Under the pieces are notes generated by a model. The model ran no database searches. It was not told the origin of the DNA and saw only the letters and a program-made list of their open reading frames with translations. A stretch of 64,000 bases of DNA from Haliotis cracherodii (taxonomy: Eukaryota): the NCBI RefSeq assembly GCF_022045235.1, contig NW_027266341.1, positions 13,392,001 to 13,456,000 of the forward strand. Direction: 5' to 3'. Position 1 is the stretch's first letter, and each line of letters starts with the position of its first letter. Position numbers and translations under genes: made by a program. This document shows, in pieces, positions 25,608 through 37,386 of this stretch.

Positions 25608-25880
25608 GGTCTCAAATCAGGTGAAGTTAAGCAGCATCTGTCACGAGTGAGTGGGTTTGGTTTTACGCCGCTTTTAGCAATATTCCAGCAATATCACAGC
25701 GGGGGACACTAGAAATGGGCTTCACACATTGTACCCATGTCAGGATTCGAACCTGGGTCTTCAGCATGACGAGCGAACGCTTTAACCACTAGGCTACCCG
25801 ACCGCCCCACATCTGTCACGAGGAGTCCTTGGATGGGTGACCATGTTTTGGCAGCTTGGCTCCTGAGTATACCCCGGTGT
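25608..25880 (+). pseudogene. 5S rRNA-derived fragment (internal control region) split by a SINE A insertion
   Basis: Removing the SINE and one TSD gives GAAGTTAAGCA-15nt-AGTCCTTGGATGGGTGACC, versus 5S GAAGTTAAGCA-15nt-AGTACTTGGATGGGTGACC. Confidence 0.7.
25648..25808 (-). mobile_element. SINE family A
   Basis: TSD catctgtcacgag. Confidence 0.92.
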
Positions 25881-26066
25881 GGTGTGGAAATATGTGCAAT
25901 ATAATGTCCTATAATTATTACATCAAAATAACCAGTAATTGATCAAACCTGGCTCTGTCAAATCAGTGGTTGATGGCATGAGCAACAATCCACACTATAC
26001 TGCAGTGTGACACACAGCAAACAAACATTATTAACATTAACCATCCATCCTCATTATAAGTAGCCC

Positions 26067-26290
26067 ACCTATGAAGATCCGAGTTAGAATTCATCTTCAG
26101 CAACCCATGCTTGTCATAAGAGGCGACTACCATGATCGGGTTTTCAGGCTCGCTGACTAGGTTGATGCATGCCCTCATACCCCATTTGCGTAGATCGAAG
26201 CTCATGATGCAAATCACTGCATTGTCTGGTCCAGACCTGATTATTTACAGACCACTGTCATATAGCTGGAATATTGCTGTGTGTGGCACT
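26067..26290 (+). mobile_element. Family C with a single 22-bp unit
   Basis: acctatgaagatccgagttagaat...gctggaatattgctg. Confidence 0.85.
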
Positions 26291-27091
26291 CAGATCTTTT
26301 TAATTCTGCTCAGGATCCCATAGGGATTTCTTATGTCACCCACACACCAATGTTGTCAGCACAAGGTAGGAACTTGACAATCCTGCAGCATGAACAAATA
26401 TTCACTCTCATGGAAAGGCATAGCTTCTCCTTTAGCACATGACTTCACACTGTAGGTAGACACCCATCATAGTATCTGTCAAATTACATTTTCTATTCCA
26501 TGGCTTTTCTGTCCATTGATGTTCTGATTGAATTTTCAGACAGGAACCATATCATCATGCCAGACAAACCATATTTTCAATGTAGAGACATTTCTAGCCA
26601 TTGGCGCCATAACCAAATGCCGTGCCATGCTCAGCTTACCATGGTCCAATTGCGCTAGTTCCTCATGTCTAGACTTAAATAATGAGGCAGTTTAGACTTG
26701 TTGATAGTGGAACCAGTCAATACTCTGAAGACTGGTCTGCTTTTTGCAGCAATTACGAATAGTTAGATTACAAGGAATGTTGTTACACTTCTTCAAACAT
26801 AATCAGCACCGTTCCAAAGCATGAGTTCTAGGTCCTTCCTTCTGAAACTTTGGTAAAATATTGTACTACTCTTCATGTATAAGATGCACGCTGCACTGCT
26901 TTTACTGCAGAACTTTCTTGAAATGTGGCTTTGATGCCTTAATTGTTTCATGTCTAAATACATTACAATGTCAGTTGTAAAGGGTTTTCAAAGCCCGCCT
27001 CCTGGTGGGGCTTAACCTCAAACAAGACACAGACAGAAAGTGTGTCTGTGCATGCTTGCATGTGGGCGTGGTGGTTGTTTATGTACATTTA

Positions 27092-27382
27092 GGGGGCACG
27101 GGTGGCCCAATCGTCTAAGGCACCACAATTTGCTGTGCAGAGTTGCGTTGGGCACGCCAGAAACCTATGATCGTGGGTTCGAATCCCAGTTCGCCCCGAT
27201 TATGTTTCTAGGTTTGTCAGCACCACACCCGTGCTCATGGGTTTCGCCGAAGTTGTAAACATCCGAGACCTGCATCACTTCGGGCTTTCCTCCCACATTA
27301 AGCTGACACGTGGATATAACTGGAATAGTGTTAAAAGCAGCGTTTAACCCAACTCACTCACTCACTCACTCACTCACTCACT
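27092..27382 (+). mobile_element. SINE family B
   Basis: Colinear with 51429..51706; imperfect TSD tgtacatt. Confidence 0.9.
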
Positions 27383-27459
27383 ATTGTACATTGCACTCAG
27401 CAATATTCCAGCATGTATAATAGTGGTCTCTGGGGATTCTGGGTAAGAAATCTAAGCTC

Positions 27460-27650
27460 CCAGCAAGCTCTGCTTGTCATAAGAGGTGACATGGCGGGTC
27501 GTTGACTTGGATGATTGCGTGTCACCGTATCCCAAATGAGTTGATCGAGGCTCACATTATCAATCACTGGATTGTCTGGTCAAGACTCAATTATTACAGA
27601 CTAATGTCATATAGCTGAATATTGCTGAGTGTGGCATTCAACAACAAACA
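27460..27650 (+). mobile_element. Family C, diverged
   Basis: tgcttgtcataagaggtgac...caatcactggattgtctggtc...attgctgagtgtggc. Confidence 0.75.
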
Positions 27651-27785
27651 CACAAGGCTTGGGAATACAGCATGGAAAACACTGTGGATATGCAAAATAT
27701 TGACAAAATACCACATAGCCATCCCACCCCACCCCCCTTATCTGAAACAACTGAAACTAAATGCAACCATTTACACAATTTAAGA

Positions 27786-27955
27786 GTGAGTGAGTGAGTG
27801 AGTATGGTTTTACGCTGCTTTTAGCAATATTCCAGCAATATCACGGCGGGGGACACTAGAAATGGGCTTCACACATTGTACCCATGACGGGAATCGAGCC
27901 CGGGTCTTCGGCGTGACGAGCGAAGGCTTTAACCACTAGGCTACCTGAGCGCCCC
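27786..27955 (-). mobile_element. SINE family A
   Basis: TSD acacaatttaaga. Confidence 0.93.
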
Positions 27956-28131
27956 ACACAATTTAAGATAAACACAGGTGATTTCCCACCTGCCTCATGG
28001 TCAAAGATTAAGATATGTTAAGTTCAAGAATTACTCATAAAATGTAAAGTGGACAGATGCAATTGGTTCTGTGACCTATCCCAGCCTCCACTGATTATTG
28101 GAGGAAAAGGTACCCACACCTTTTACTAACA

Positions 28132-28304
28132 TGAGTGAGTGAGTGAGTGAGTATGGTATTACGCCACTTTTAGCAATATTCCTGCAATATCACGGCAGGG
28201 GAGACCAGAAATGGGCTTCACACATTGTACCCATGTCGGGAATCAAACCCGGGTCTTCAGGGTGACGAGCGAACATTTTAACCACTAGGCTACCCAACCA
28301 GCCC
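28132..28304 (-). mobile_element. SINE family A
   Basis: Full-length match to family A. Confidence 0.9.
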
Positions 28305-28650
28305 TTTAATAGCAAGACAATATGGATGATATACAGTGAGTGATACCATTACACAAATATGACACTGGTGGATTTTGTTTCTGCCTTTCCTCCAAGACCA
28401 AACACAGATTCAACTTCCCAGGCAACCTATCCCTAAGAAAATATGGCATATTGCAATGTGACATTTAACATCTTCCTCCGCCATATGCAATGATGATTGC
28501 CCAACTACACAAACACCAGGAGATGGTCTCCATATTTAAGAGCACATGAAAGAAGCCTTGTGGCATCTCCCTGGCCCACCACAGTCAAGATGGTAAGTGT
28601 ATGCATTAAACTTGACTAGGACAGAATCCATGATCATACCAATCACAACA

Positions 28651-29124
28651 TATACTACTCAAAACAAGTTAAGGTACACCCACAATTGAGAAGGTTTGGT
28701 GTTGCAATACCCACCAGCCCTGACAGATGAACTGTGAGTGAGTGAGTGAGTGAGTGAGTGAGTGAGTGAGTGAGTGAGTGAGAGTGCGTGAGTGAGAGTA
28801 GTTTTACGCCGCTTTTAGCAATATTCCACCAATATCACGACGGGGGACACCAGAAATGGGCTTCACACATTGTCCCCATGTCGGGAATCGAGCCCGGGTC
28901 TTCGGCGTGACTAGCGAACGCTTTAACCACTAGGTTACCCGACCGCCCCTAGATGTACTATGAGGAAATTCAGAACCAATTTTTTTATATTAATTTTTGC
29001 ACTCAAATCAAGTTAAGAACACCCACAATTGGAAGACTGTGTGTTGCAATACCCACCAGCCATGACAGATTAACTATAGTCATATGAAAAGTTTGGGTGT
29101 TCTTAACTTCTTTTGTGTAGTATA
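28651..29124. mobile_element. Tc1/mariner-type MITE (TA-flanked TIRs) with an internal direct repeat and a nested SINE A
   Basis: Left tatactactcaaaacaagttaaggtacaccca; right reverse complement tatactacacaaaagaagttaagaacaccca. Confidence 0.75.
28734..28949 (-). mobile_element. SINE family A nested in the MITE
   Basis: TSD agatg(a/t)act(g/a)tgag; long (TCAC)n tail. Confidence 0.92.
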
Positions 29125-29464
29125 TAACAGAGCTCAACCTTCCAACATCCCATGAGGGTTAGGATATGAAAAGATGTGTGCACACATTTCCTGTCAGTAA
29201 TAGTATGAGGCTCCCTTATTATCAAAAGAGAATCTACATCTTAAATAAGAATAATTTACATATTTCAATTATTTTGGACAATATCAAGAACAATGGTTGA
29301 TGTGTTACGTCTGTATTGTTTTACATAGATTTGCTGCAATTTGAGTGGTGGCATGAATAGGATATTCAGAACCAATTTAAAAAAAAAGCAAATGGACTTG
29401 TTATTAATAATAGGTGAAGTGATAAAACCCTTTTCATTATCACAAAAAATCTCTGATACCAACA

Positions 29465-30190
29465 GAGGTGAGATGAGGCGAACTGGGGTTTAATGTTGCG
29501 TTCAAGATTATGATTCTTACTATATCATATTAAAGCATGTGCTTATGAATCACTATCAAATGTGATGATAAAAGGTGTTTTAGAGAAGATGGCATCCATC
29601 ACAAACACACGCAAAGGCAGGTAAATTATTCACCTGAAAAACTTATTACTTAATTATGCTAAGACACTTTATGGTCATACTTATGTCTTCATGAGAATTC
29701 ATCTCCTTGAACCTTGTGTTTTCTGAGATGAAGATTCTTACGCATTTTTAAGTTTGAGACTTGTCCCGACTTATACTGGTTTAATACAGCTAGTCCCCTG
29801 AGGTGCCATGCCACAGTAAGAGGCAACTAATGGGATCAGGTCAGGCTTGCTAACTCGGCTGATGCATGTCATCATATCCCAATTCCGTAGATCTATGTAC
29901 ATGGTGTCAATCACTGAGTTATCTGGTCCAGACTCGATTATTTACAGATTACCATCATATAGCTGGAATATTGCTGAGTGTGATTTTTAACAAAACAAAC
30001 CATGCTGCAATTTAACATGGGTGACGTTACTCAGGCACAGTATACTGAATCCAAGACAACCAGTCTTTGTTTAAGCCCCGTAATGCCAGCACGAGGCAGG
30101 AAAACAACAAGTACCAACTGAACACCTTTGAATATGACAAGGTTGCACTGACCTTCTGCTCCCCGGGCAAACTCGATCTACAAGGCGGTC
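29465..30190 (-). mobile_element. Old SINE family D broken by insertions
   Basis: Tail at about 29465-29540, middle at about 29757-29817, body and head at about 30000-30190, in the correct order. Confidence 0.7.
29818..29999 (+). mobile_element. Family C, 5'-truncated, nested in SINE D
   Basis: Flanked by ccatgccacagt / ccatgctgcaat, the duplicated D sequence ccatgccgcagt. Confidence 0.8.
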
Positions 30191-31254
30191 TTCAAAGTTT
30201 GAAATATTTATATTCATACATAACTATTTGTTTCATTTGACCGGCATGAATGAATCTGCACCTCATCAAGATGCAAATGTTCCACAGTGTCAGCTGGCTG
30301 GGAGTTGTGCTGTTTAAGAAGATTGTTAAAAACACAAAAATTCACAATTTAAATTGGTTTTCATTTTCAACCAAATCGCACAAGACACTGCCTTAAACAT
30401 CACACTGTTATTCTGGTGCTTGACAACCGATTAAAATTTCACGATAATATTTCAGCAACTTCAAGGAAGAATATCGAAATGTAAAAGACAGATGGGTGGC
30501 AGTTTGATGCCGAAAAAAAGACCAAGGAGGTTTTCAATGGACTTCGTATCAGCTGGGGTTTGTCAGATCATGCTTTTTATGAATATATGACTGTCGGAAC
30601 TAGAAGACATGTGCTCTGTACAAGAATGAAGCATTACAGAAATAACGCAGTTCATAGAATATAGGAATTGCCCATATGACCTCCGAGATCCAGCAGCTAA
30701 ATCTTCAGCATGATCGAGCCTACTTCTTGCCCCAATATCAGTGTGATCTCTGCCTCTTGCTGATCGATATCAATCTGTAACCGTCAATCACCTGTCAAGG
30801 CGGAGCGTTGATTACAATTCTTAAACCTTACTGTATTTCTAAATGTATCCCTCATCCTTCCGAATGGTATGAAAAGATATCCGTGGTGTACAGCCTGCGA
30901 TTTTTCATCTCCCGGCTTTGAACATTGAACCAATGAATCTTTTTGCTTGTGGGTGTCTTACGATAATGCTATTATTAATGAAATTGAAAAAAATACATTG
31001 GTAATTGAGATGTCCAGTTTTGCCCTTCTATGAAGATAGAACTTTTCTCCATTTTGGTGAACGCTTTCTAAGAAACTTCATGCACTGGAAAATCAAATTA
31101 TTAGAATTGATTTTCCAATAAATGCTGTTTTGTTCTGTCTATGGTGGAACATAATTAGAACATTAGTCTATATGGAGATTACTTTTTCAATAATTTTACA
31201 GGAACCAAAAAACCTGACCATCAGTCGTAGTCTGCTACAGGGGGACAGGTGGCG

Positions 31255-34200
31255 CTGTTGTCTGATGTGTCATGCTACAGGGGCTAGTTGTCTGACCTAT
31301 AGTGCTACAGGGGCTAGTTGTCTGACCTGTAGTGCTACAGGGGCTTAGTTGTCTGACCTATAGTGCTACAGGGGCTAGTTGTCTGACCTGTAGTGCTAAA
31401 GGGGCTTAGTTGTCTGACCTGTAGTGCTACAGGGTCTAGTTGTCTGACCTGTAGTGCTACAGGGGCCAGCTGTCTGACCTGTAGTGCTACAGGGTCTAGT
31501 TGTCTGACCTGTAGTGCTACAGATGCCTAACTGTCTGACCTGTAGTGCTACAGGGGCCTAGTTGTCTGACCTGTAGTGCTACAGGGGCTTAGTTGTCTGA
31601 CCTGTAGTGCTACAGGGGCCTAGTTGTCTGACCTGTAGTGCTACAGATGCCTAGTTATCTGACCTGTAGTGCTAGAGGGGCTAGTTGTCTGACCTGTAGT
31701 GCTACAGGGGCCAGCTGTCTGACCTGTAGTGCTACAGGGGCCTAGTTGTCTGACCTGTAGTGCTACAGATGCCTAGTTATCTGACCTGTAGTGCTAGAGG
31801 GCCTAGTTGTCTGACCTGTAGTGCTACAGGGGCCTAGTTGTCTGACCTGTAGTGCTACAGGGGCCTAGTTGTCTGACCTGTAGTGCTAGAGGGCCTAGTT
31901 GTCTGACCTGTAGTGCTACAGGGGCCAGCTGTCTGACCTGTAGTGCTACAGGGGCTAGTAGTCTGACCTGTAGTGCTACAGATGCCTAGTTGTCTGACCT
32001 GTAGTGCTACAGGGGCCAGCTGTCTGACCTGTACTGCAACAGGGGCCTAGTTGTCTGACCTGTAGTGCTACAGGGGCTTAGTTGTCTGACCTGTAGTGCT
32101 ACAGGGGCCAGCTGTCTGACCTGTAGTGCTACAGGGGCCAGTTGTCTGACCTGTAGTGCTACAGGGGCCTAGTTGTCTGACCTGTAGTGCTACAGATGCC
32201 TAGTTATCTGACCTGTAGTGCTAGAGGGCCTAGTTGTCTGACCTGTAGTGCTACAGGGGCCTAGTTGTCTGACCTGTAGTGCTACAGGGGCCTAGTTGTC
32301 TGACCTGTAGTGCTAGAGGGCCTAGTTGTCTGACCTGTAGTGCTACAGGGGCCAGCTGTCTGACCTGTAGTGCTAGAGGGGCCTAGTTGTCTGACCTGTA
32401 GTGCTACAGGGGCCTAGTTGTCTGACCTGTAGTGCTACAGGGGCCTAGTTGTCTGACCTGTAGTGCTACAGGGGCCAGCTGTCTGACCTGTAGTGCTACA
32501 GGGGCCAGCTGTCTGACCTGTAGTGCTACAGGGGCCAGTTGTCTGACCTGTAGTGCTACAGGGGCCAGCTGTCTGACCTGTAGTTCTACAGGGGCCTAGT
32601 TGTCTGACCTGTAGTGCTACAGGGGCTTAGTTGTCTGACCTGTAGTGCTACAGGGGCCAGCTGTCTGACCTGTAGTGCTACAGGGGCCAGCTGTCTGACC
32701 TGTAGTGCTACAGGGGCCTAGTTGTCTGACCTGTAGTGCTAGTGGGGCCTAGTTGTCTGACCTGTAGTGCTACAGGGGCCTAGTTGTCTGACCTGTAGTG
32801 CTACAGATGCCTAGTTATCTGACCTGTAGTGCTAGAGGGCCTAGTTGTCTGACCTGTAGTGCTACAGGGGCCTAGTTGTCTGACCTGTAGTGCTACAGGG
32901 GCCTAGTTGTCTGACCTGTAGTGCTACAGGGGCCTAGTTGTCTGACCTGTAGTGCTAGAGGGCCTAGTTGTCTGACCTGTAGTGCTACAGGGGCCAGCTG
33001 TCTGACCTGTAGTGCTACAGGGGCCTAGTTGTCTGACCTGTAGTGCTACAGGGGCCTAGTTGTCTGACCTGTAGTGCTACAGATGCCTAGTTATCTGACC
33101 TGTAGTGCTAGAGGGCCTAGTTGTCTGACCTGTAGTGCTACAGGGGCCTAGTTGTCTGACCTGTAGTGCTACAGGGGCCTAGTTGTCTGACCTGTAGTGC
33201 TACAGGGGCCTAGTTGTCTGACCTGTAGTGCTAGAGGGCCTAGTTGTCTGACCTGTAGTGCTACAGGGGCCTAGTTGTCTGACCTGTAGTGCTACAGGGG
33301 CCAGTTGTCTGACCTGTAGTGCTACAGGGGCCTAGCTGTCTGACCTGTAGTGCTAGTGGGGCCTAGTTGTCTGACCTGTAGTGCTACAGGGGCCTAGTTG
33401 TCTGACCTGTAGTGCTACAGGGGCCTAGTTGTCTGACCTGTAGTGCTACAGGGGCCTAGTTGTCTGACCTGTAGTGCTAGAGGGCCTAGTTGTCTGACCT
33501 GTAGTGCTACAGGGGCCAGCTGTCTGACCTGTAGTGCTACAGGGGCCTAGTTGTCTGACCTGTAGTGCTACAGGGGCCTAGTTGTCTGACCTGTAGTGCT
33601 ACAGGGGCTAGTAGTCTGACCTATAGTGCTACAGGGGCCTAGTTGTCTGACCTGTAGTGCTACAGGGGCCAGCTGTCTGACCTGTAGTGCTACAGGGGCC
33701 AGCTGTCTGACCTGTAGTGCTACAGGGGCCAGTTGTCTGACCTGTAGTGCTACAGGGGCCAGCTGTCTGACCTGTAGTTCTACAGGGGCCTAGTTGTCTG
33801 ACCTGTAGTGCTACAGGGGCTTAGTTGTCTGACCTGTAGTGCTACAGGGGCCAGCTGTCTGACCTGTAGTGCTACAGGGGCCTAGTTGTCTGACCTGTAG
33901 TGCTACAGGGGCCAGCTGTCTGACCTGTAGTGCTACAGGGGCCAGCTGTCTGACCTGTAGTGCTACAGGGGCCTAGTTGTCTGACCTGTAGTGCTACAGG
34001 GGCTAGTAGTCTGACCTGTACTGCAACAGGGGCCTAGTTGTCTGACCTGTAGTGCTACAGGGGCTAGTAGTCTGACCTGTAGTGCTACAGATGCCTAGTT
34101 GTCTGACCTGTAGTGCTACAGGGGCTAGTAGTCTGACCTGTACTGCAACAGGGGCCTAGTTGTCTGACCTGTAGTGCTACAGGGGCCTAGTTGTCTGACC

Positions 34201-34500
34201 TGTAGTGCTACAGATGCCTAGTTGTCTGACCTGTAGTGCTACATGGGCTAGTTGTCTGACCTGTAGTGCTACAGGGGCCAGTTGTCTGACCTGTAGTGCT
34301 ACAGGGGCCAGCTGTCTGACCTGTAGTGCTACAGGGGCCTAGTTGTCTGACCTGTAGTGCTACAGGGGCCTAGTTGTCTGACCTGTAGTGCTACAGGGGC
34401 TAGTTGTCTGACCTGTAGTGCTACAGGGGCCAGCTGTCTGACCTGTAGTGCTACAGGGGCCTAGTTGTCTGACCTGTAGTGCTACAGATGCCTAGTTGTC
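31255..34500. repeat. 30/31-bp satellite tagttgtctgacctgtagtgctacaggggcc, roughly 105 units
   Basis: Direct inspection; each unit holds the inverted repeat CCTGTAG-tg-CTACAGG. Confidence 0.98.
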
Positions 34501-34509
34501 TGTCTTCAG

Positions 34510-35420
34510 AGTCCAGTTGTCTGACTACAAGGGGCTCAGTTTTCTGACCTGCAGTGCTACAGAGGGGCCTGTTGTCTGACTACAGGGGCCCCAGTTGTTG
34601 TAGTGCTACAGGGGGCCTGTTGTCTGACTACAGGGGCCCCAGTTGTTGTAGTGCTACAGGGGGGCCTGTTGTCTGACTACAGGGGCCCCAGTTGTTTTAG
34701 TGCTACAGGGGGCCTGCTGTCTGACTACAGGGGCCCCACTTGTTGTAGTGCTACAGAGGGGCCTGTTGTCTGACTACAGGGGCCCCAGTTGTTGTAGTGC
34801 TACAGAGGGACCTGTTGTCTGACTACAAGGGGCCTGTTGTCTGACTACAGGGGCCCCAGTTGTTGTAGTGCTACAGGGGGGCCAGTTGTCTGACTACAGG
34901 GGCCCCAGTTGTTGTAGTGCTACAGGGGCCCCAGTTGTTGTAGTGCTACAGGGGCCCCAGTTGTTGTAGTGCTACAGGGGGGCCTGTTGTCTGACTACAG
35001 GGGCCCCAGTTGTTGCAGTGCTACAGGGGCCCCAGTTGTTGTAGTACTACAGGGGGCCTGTTGTCTGACTACAGGGGCCCCAGTTGTTGCAGTGCTACAG
35101 GGGCCCCAGTTGTTGTAGTGCTACAGGGGGGCCTGTTGTCTGACTACAGGGGCCCCAGTTGTTGCAGTGCTACAGGGGCCCCAGTTGTTGTAGTGCTACA
35201 GGGGGCCTGTTGTCTGACTACAGGGGCCCCAGTTGTTGAAGTGCTACAGGGGCCCCAGTTGTTGTAGTGCTACAGGGGGGCCTGTTGTCTGACTACAGGG
35301 GCCCCAGTTGTTGCAGTGCTACAGGGGCCCCAGTTGTTGTAGTGCTACAGGGGGCCTGTTGTTTGACTACAGGGGCCCCAGTTGTTGCAGTGCTACAGGG
35401 GGGCCTGTTGTGTTACAGGG
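34510..35420. repeat. Related satellite of alternating about 26-bp (ctacaggggccccagttgttgtagtg) and about 22-bp (ctacagggggcctgttgtctga) units
   Basis: Direct inspection. Confidence 0.95.
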
Positions 35421-35675
35421 GACATCATTCTATGATCGCTGTTTGGGTCTCAGATTTGCTATGATTATGGTCATTTGTTTGTCAGCACAAAGAGGAAACG
35501 TCTGAGATCTGCTTCACTTTGGGTTTACCTCCCACATTACCCTGACATGTCGTGCTATAACAGGAGTACTGTTCCAAGTTGCATAAAACCCAAATCACAC
35601 ACTCACTCTGTTCATCTAGCACTAGTAGTAGTGTGTTCATCAATAGCAGATCATACTATTCAAGGGAATTAAATA

Positions 35676-35987
35676 CCGTATTCGACATAAGTGCCCAGGG
35701 CGCTCTCAAAATTAGAAATAGGGGGCTTTAATTAGAATATTATTTTGGTGGAAAAAAAACAGTTGAAAGATCGTAAATTTTGTGGTTTATGCTGACAACC
35801 TGAAATGTTACATACAACAGAATTTAATTGCCCATAATTAAGGGTGCATATAACAAACGAGTGCGTATTCTACACAAATAAATAAGTCTTGTGTACATTG
35901 ATCAATACGAAGGGGTGCTAAATGGGATTGTTCACTAGCCAATATATAAGAAAATATCGCCATGGGCGCTTATTACGTTGAATACGG
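35676..35987. mobile_element. pogo/mariner-type MITE with TA TSD
   Basis: ta|ccgtattcgacataagtgccc ... gggcgcttattacgttgaatacgg|ta. Confidence 0.8.
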
Positions 35988-36423
35988 TACATCAGAATCA
36001 ACGTCCTTACAAGATATTTGTAGGAATATAACTCATCCATGTTATTTGAGACTGTGGAAAAATCCGTCACTTACATATATATACAAAACTTCTGATATTT
36101 AGCAATTCACATTTTTATCCTATTTGTCTGGACATTTTGTCCAAAGTATCACATCTACAAAGTAACTAAACTACAGTATATTGATTTCGTTATAATCTCT
36201 AAAGTATATCATTTTTAGTCCTGTCCTAAAATTGTATGAGCATTGTGACTTAGATGTACATGTCTATCACATATTACATAATTATTTAAAAGAAGTCTAT
36301 CAAGAATACGTAACAAATTTCATTTCAAAATTGCTTAAGGAGTATTTCATCCTCCAGGAAATCAATGATAGCTCAAATGGGTTGACATCTGTACTATGAA
36401 GTATCTTAGATAGATGACATTGT

Positions 36424-36601
36424 GTGAGTGAGTGAGAATGATTTTATGACGCTTTTAGCAATATACCAGCAATATACCAGCAATATACCAGCGGGGGACA
36501 TCAGCAAAAGGGCTCCACACATTGTACCAATGTGGGGAATCAAACCTGGGTCTTCGGCGTGACGAGCCAACACTTTAACCATTAGGCTACCCCATCGCCC
36601 C
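36424..36601 (-). mobile_element. SINE family A, diverged, with an internal 11-bp triplication
   Basis: agcaatatacc x3 within the tail. Confidence 0.88.
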
Positions 36602-37073
36602 AGACAACACGGAGAGTATTTGGACCTTCATCACTGAAGTGAACTTGTGCAAGCCTTGATGGTGTACAGAAAACAAGCACCTCAACAACAGGGCAAGAAA
36701 ATCATGCATCTGTATGACCGACTCAAATAATTTCAGGCTAGTGGCTGACAAAAGTATATTTACATTTTGGAAAAAAATAACTCTTCCTGGAAACCACAAC
36801 ATGGGTTTGTGGCCATTCCAAACCCCAATCTAAATATCACCTCTCGATGGTTGCATATTCAAATCAATTCTGCACTACATGCATGAATATAAACAAAACC
36901 AGGTCATATTTCTCAGGACAAAATAATGTTTATAGTCCATATCAATAGTACTCCTCTTTTTCAGATGCTTTAACACGGGATAGATTGCCACATATTTTCC
37001 CTCATATTATGTGTCAGATACATATTCTGCTAGTGAGCAACAAAAGAGAGTACTGTGTGATGCTGAGTCTTAC

Positions 37074-37190
37074 TTGATGTAATATGGCTTGTCGTTCCTG
37101 TCCACGCCCGTTTCCCAGCCGTACGGCAGCCCCGTACTCGCATCCCAGTTGTCCCGCGGTGGCAGCCATGATGATGTCTGATTCTTGTGG
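37074..37190 (-). CDS. FRMPD4: Internal coding exon (117 bp, phase 2-2) of an FRMPD4/Preso-like FERM-PDZ protein; WW-domain region
   Basis: Minus strand: ttgttttccag|C CAC AAG AAT ... TAC ATC AA|gtaaga. Translation HKNQTSSWLPPRDNWDASTGLPYGWETGVDRNDKPYYI(N) aligns without gaps to human FRMPD4 as I recall it ([39 protein letters not shown]). W8, P10-P11, W15, PYGWE, R31, Y36 and I38-N are shared. Locally GC-rich with canonical splice sites. Confidence 0.88.
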
Positions 37191-37217
37191 CTGGAAAACA
37201 AACCATTTCAAGTTGAA

Positions 37218-37386
37218 GTGAGTGAGTGAGTGAGTTGGGTTTTATGCCACTTTTAGCAATATCCCAGCAATATCAAGACAGGGACACCAGAAATGGGCTT
37301 CACACATTGTAACCATGTGGGGGACTGAACCCAGGTCTTTGGGGTGACGAGCGAACACTTTGACCACTAGGCTACCTCACCACCCC
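37218..37386 (-). mobile_element. SINE family A whose tail lies about 27 nt upstream of the exon acceptor
   Basis: Full-length match; imperfect TSD agttgaagt/agtttgagt. Confidence 0.9.

Noticed and set aside
31255-34500. CRISPR-like array (about 30-bp palindromic repeats)
   Set aside because: Units are head-to-tail with no unique spacers, there are no cas genes, and the context is eukaryotic. The same applies to the 43-, 53- and 88-bp arrays.
37014-37211. 65-aa ORF MKWFVFQPQ... as a gene
   Set aside because: It is an alternate frame over the real exon. The WW-encoding frame is bounded by splice sites.
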